From assembly GCF_009914755.1 (NCBI RefSeq), contig NC_060935.1: a stretch of 64,000 nt of DNA. One strand, given 5' to 3'. The translations under genes and the position numbers were made by a program. Below, piece after piece: positions 63,251 to 64,000 of this stretch; the stretch's first letter is position 1; every line of letters begins with the position of its first letter. The DNA is from the human T2T-CHM13v2.0 reference genome, Homo sapiens. The notes under the pieces are model-generated. The model made no database searches and had not been told where the DNA came from. It worked only from the letters and a program-made list of their open reading frames with translations.

Positions 63251-64000
63251 ACCAGTGAAAAGTACCTCCATTCTCTCAGAAACACATCTGGACAACTTCC
63301 CTTATGAATTTCTATTTCAGTGTCTATGCTTTTCTACTTAGGGGTATTAAGTTGTTTGCTTCTAGGGAGTTACTTATCTCTATTTTTCTGCCTTATGCGC
63401 ATATACACATATTATCTAATCTTTTAAGATCATCATCCAAATCTTTGTTTCCTCTTCGCTAAGTGGCTTATTCTCTTTGCCATTGCCTCCTTAAATGTGA
63501 AATGAGAGTAAACGCGGAACACTGATATTTATTTTGGGGTGCAGTGGATCACCTATCTTCGATCAGTGATGAAAACCAAATAAAAGCCAAATGCTATTTA
63601 TTATTAGAAATGGTATATTAATAGTAGTGTAACAGCAAGGACTGACTGCATTATCAGCAATTTGTAGTAAGTGTTTTTACCACAGTGTATTAGCCCTTGT
63701 TTTCCATTTAAAACATGTCGATTTAAAGAACTTCTGAAGTGGTGATCCAGTCACACCAGATGGCGTTCAATCCAGTGCTATCGTGGATTGTGGGAGTAAA
63801 GCTCTAGTCAGAACTCACTGACATGGATTTTAAAGAAACGCATGTTGTTACTGCTTTAAGAGAAGTCAATGTACTTTTGTTTCAAGTAAATCATCAATAT
63901 TTTGAATAACTCTAAACTGATGATTCTACAAAATACTGACTAAAGCCTCAAACTCACCTGAATTATATACTTACCATTAACCCAACACTTTAAAAACACT

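Overview
Human (primate) genomic DNA, recognisable as the 11p11.2 PEX16-LARGE2-PHF21A locus. I rebuilt the genes exon by exon from splice signals and reading frame. (1) PEX16, minus strand, is complete: 11 coding exons, 1011 nt/336 aa, plus an alternative last-exon acceptor giving 346 aa. (2) LARGE2 (GYLTL1B), plus strand, is complete: 13 coding exons, 2166 nt/721 aa, with a CpG-island promoter head-to-head with PEX16. (3) PHF21A (BHC80), minus strand, is present as its 3' part: 12 canonical coding exons, a 23-nt alternative microexon and a ~4.6-kb 3'UTR ending tail-to-tail with LARGE2. The rest is intron with about 30 Alus, old L1/L2/MIR copies, MER DNA transposons and an MaLR LTR. Nearly all of the supplied long ORFs are Alu-derived or GC-rich antisense artefacts. 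I found no new gene or wholly new system. The interesting signal is in RNA processing and translation control: a U12-type intron in PEX16, a poly(A) signal sitting on an alternative 3' splice site in PEX16, an adenine-free 72-nt intron that should sterically force mutually exclusive splicing of the PHF21A microexon, a strong-Kozak in-frame uORF and a weak GC-AG intron in LARGE2, a T22 acceptor microsatellite, a bidirectional poly(A) element, and a near-consensus AluYa5. Gene, repeat-family and variant names come from recognition and were not database-checked; repeat boundaries are approximate.
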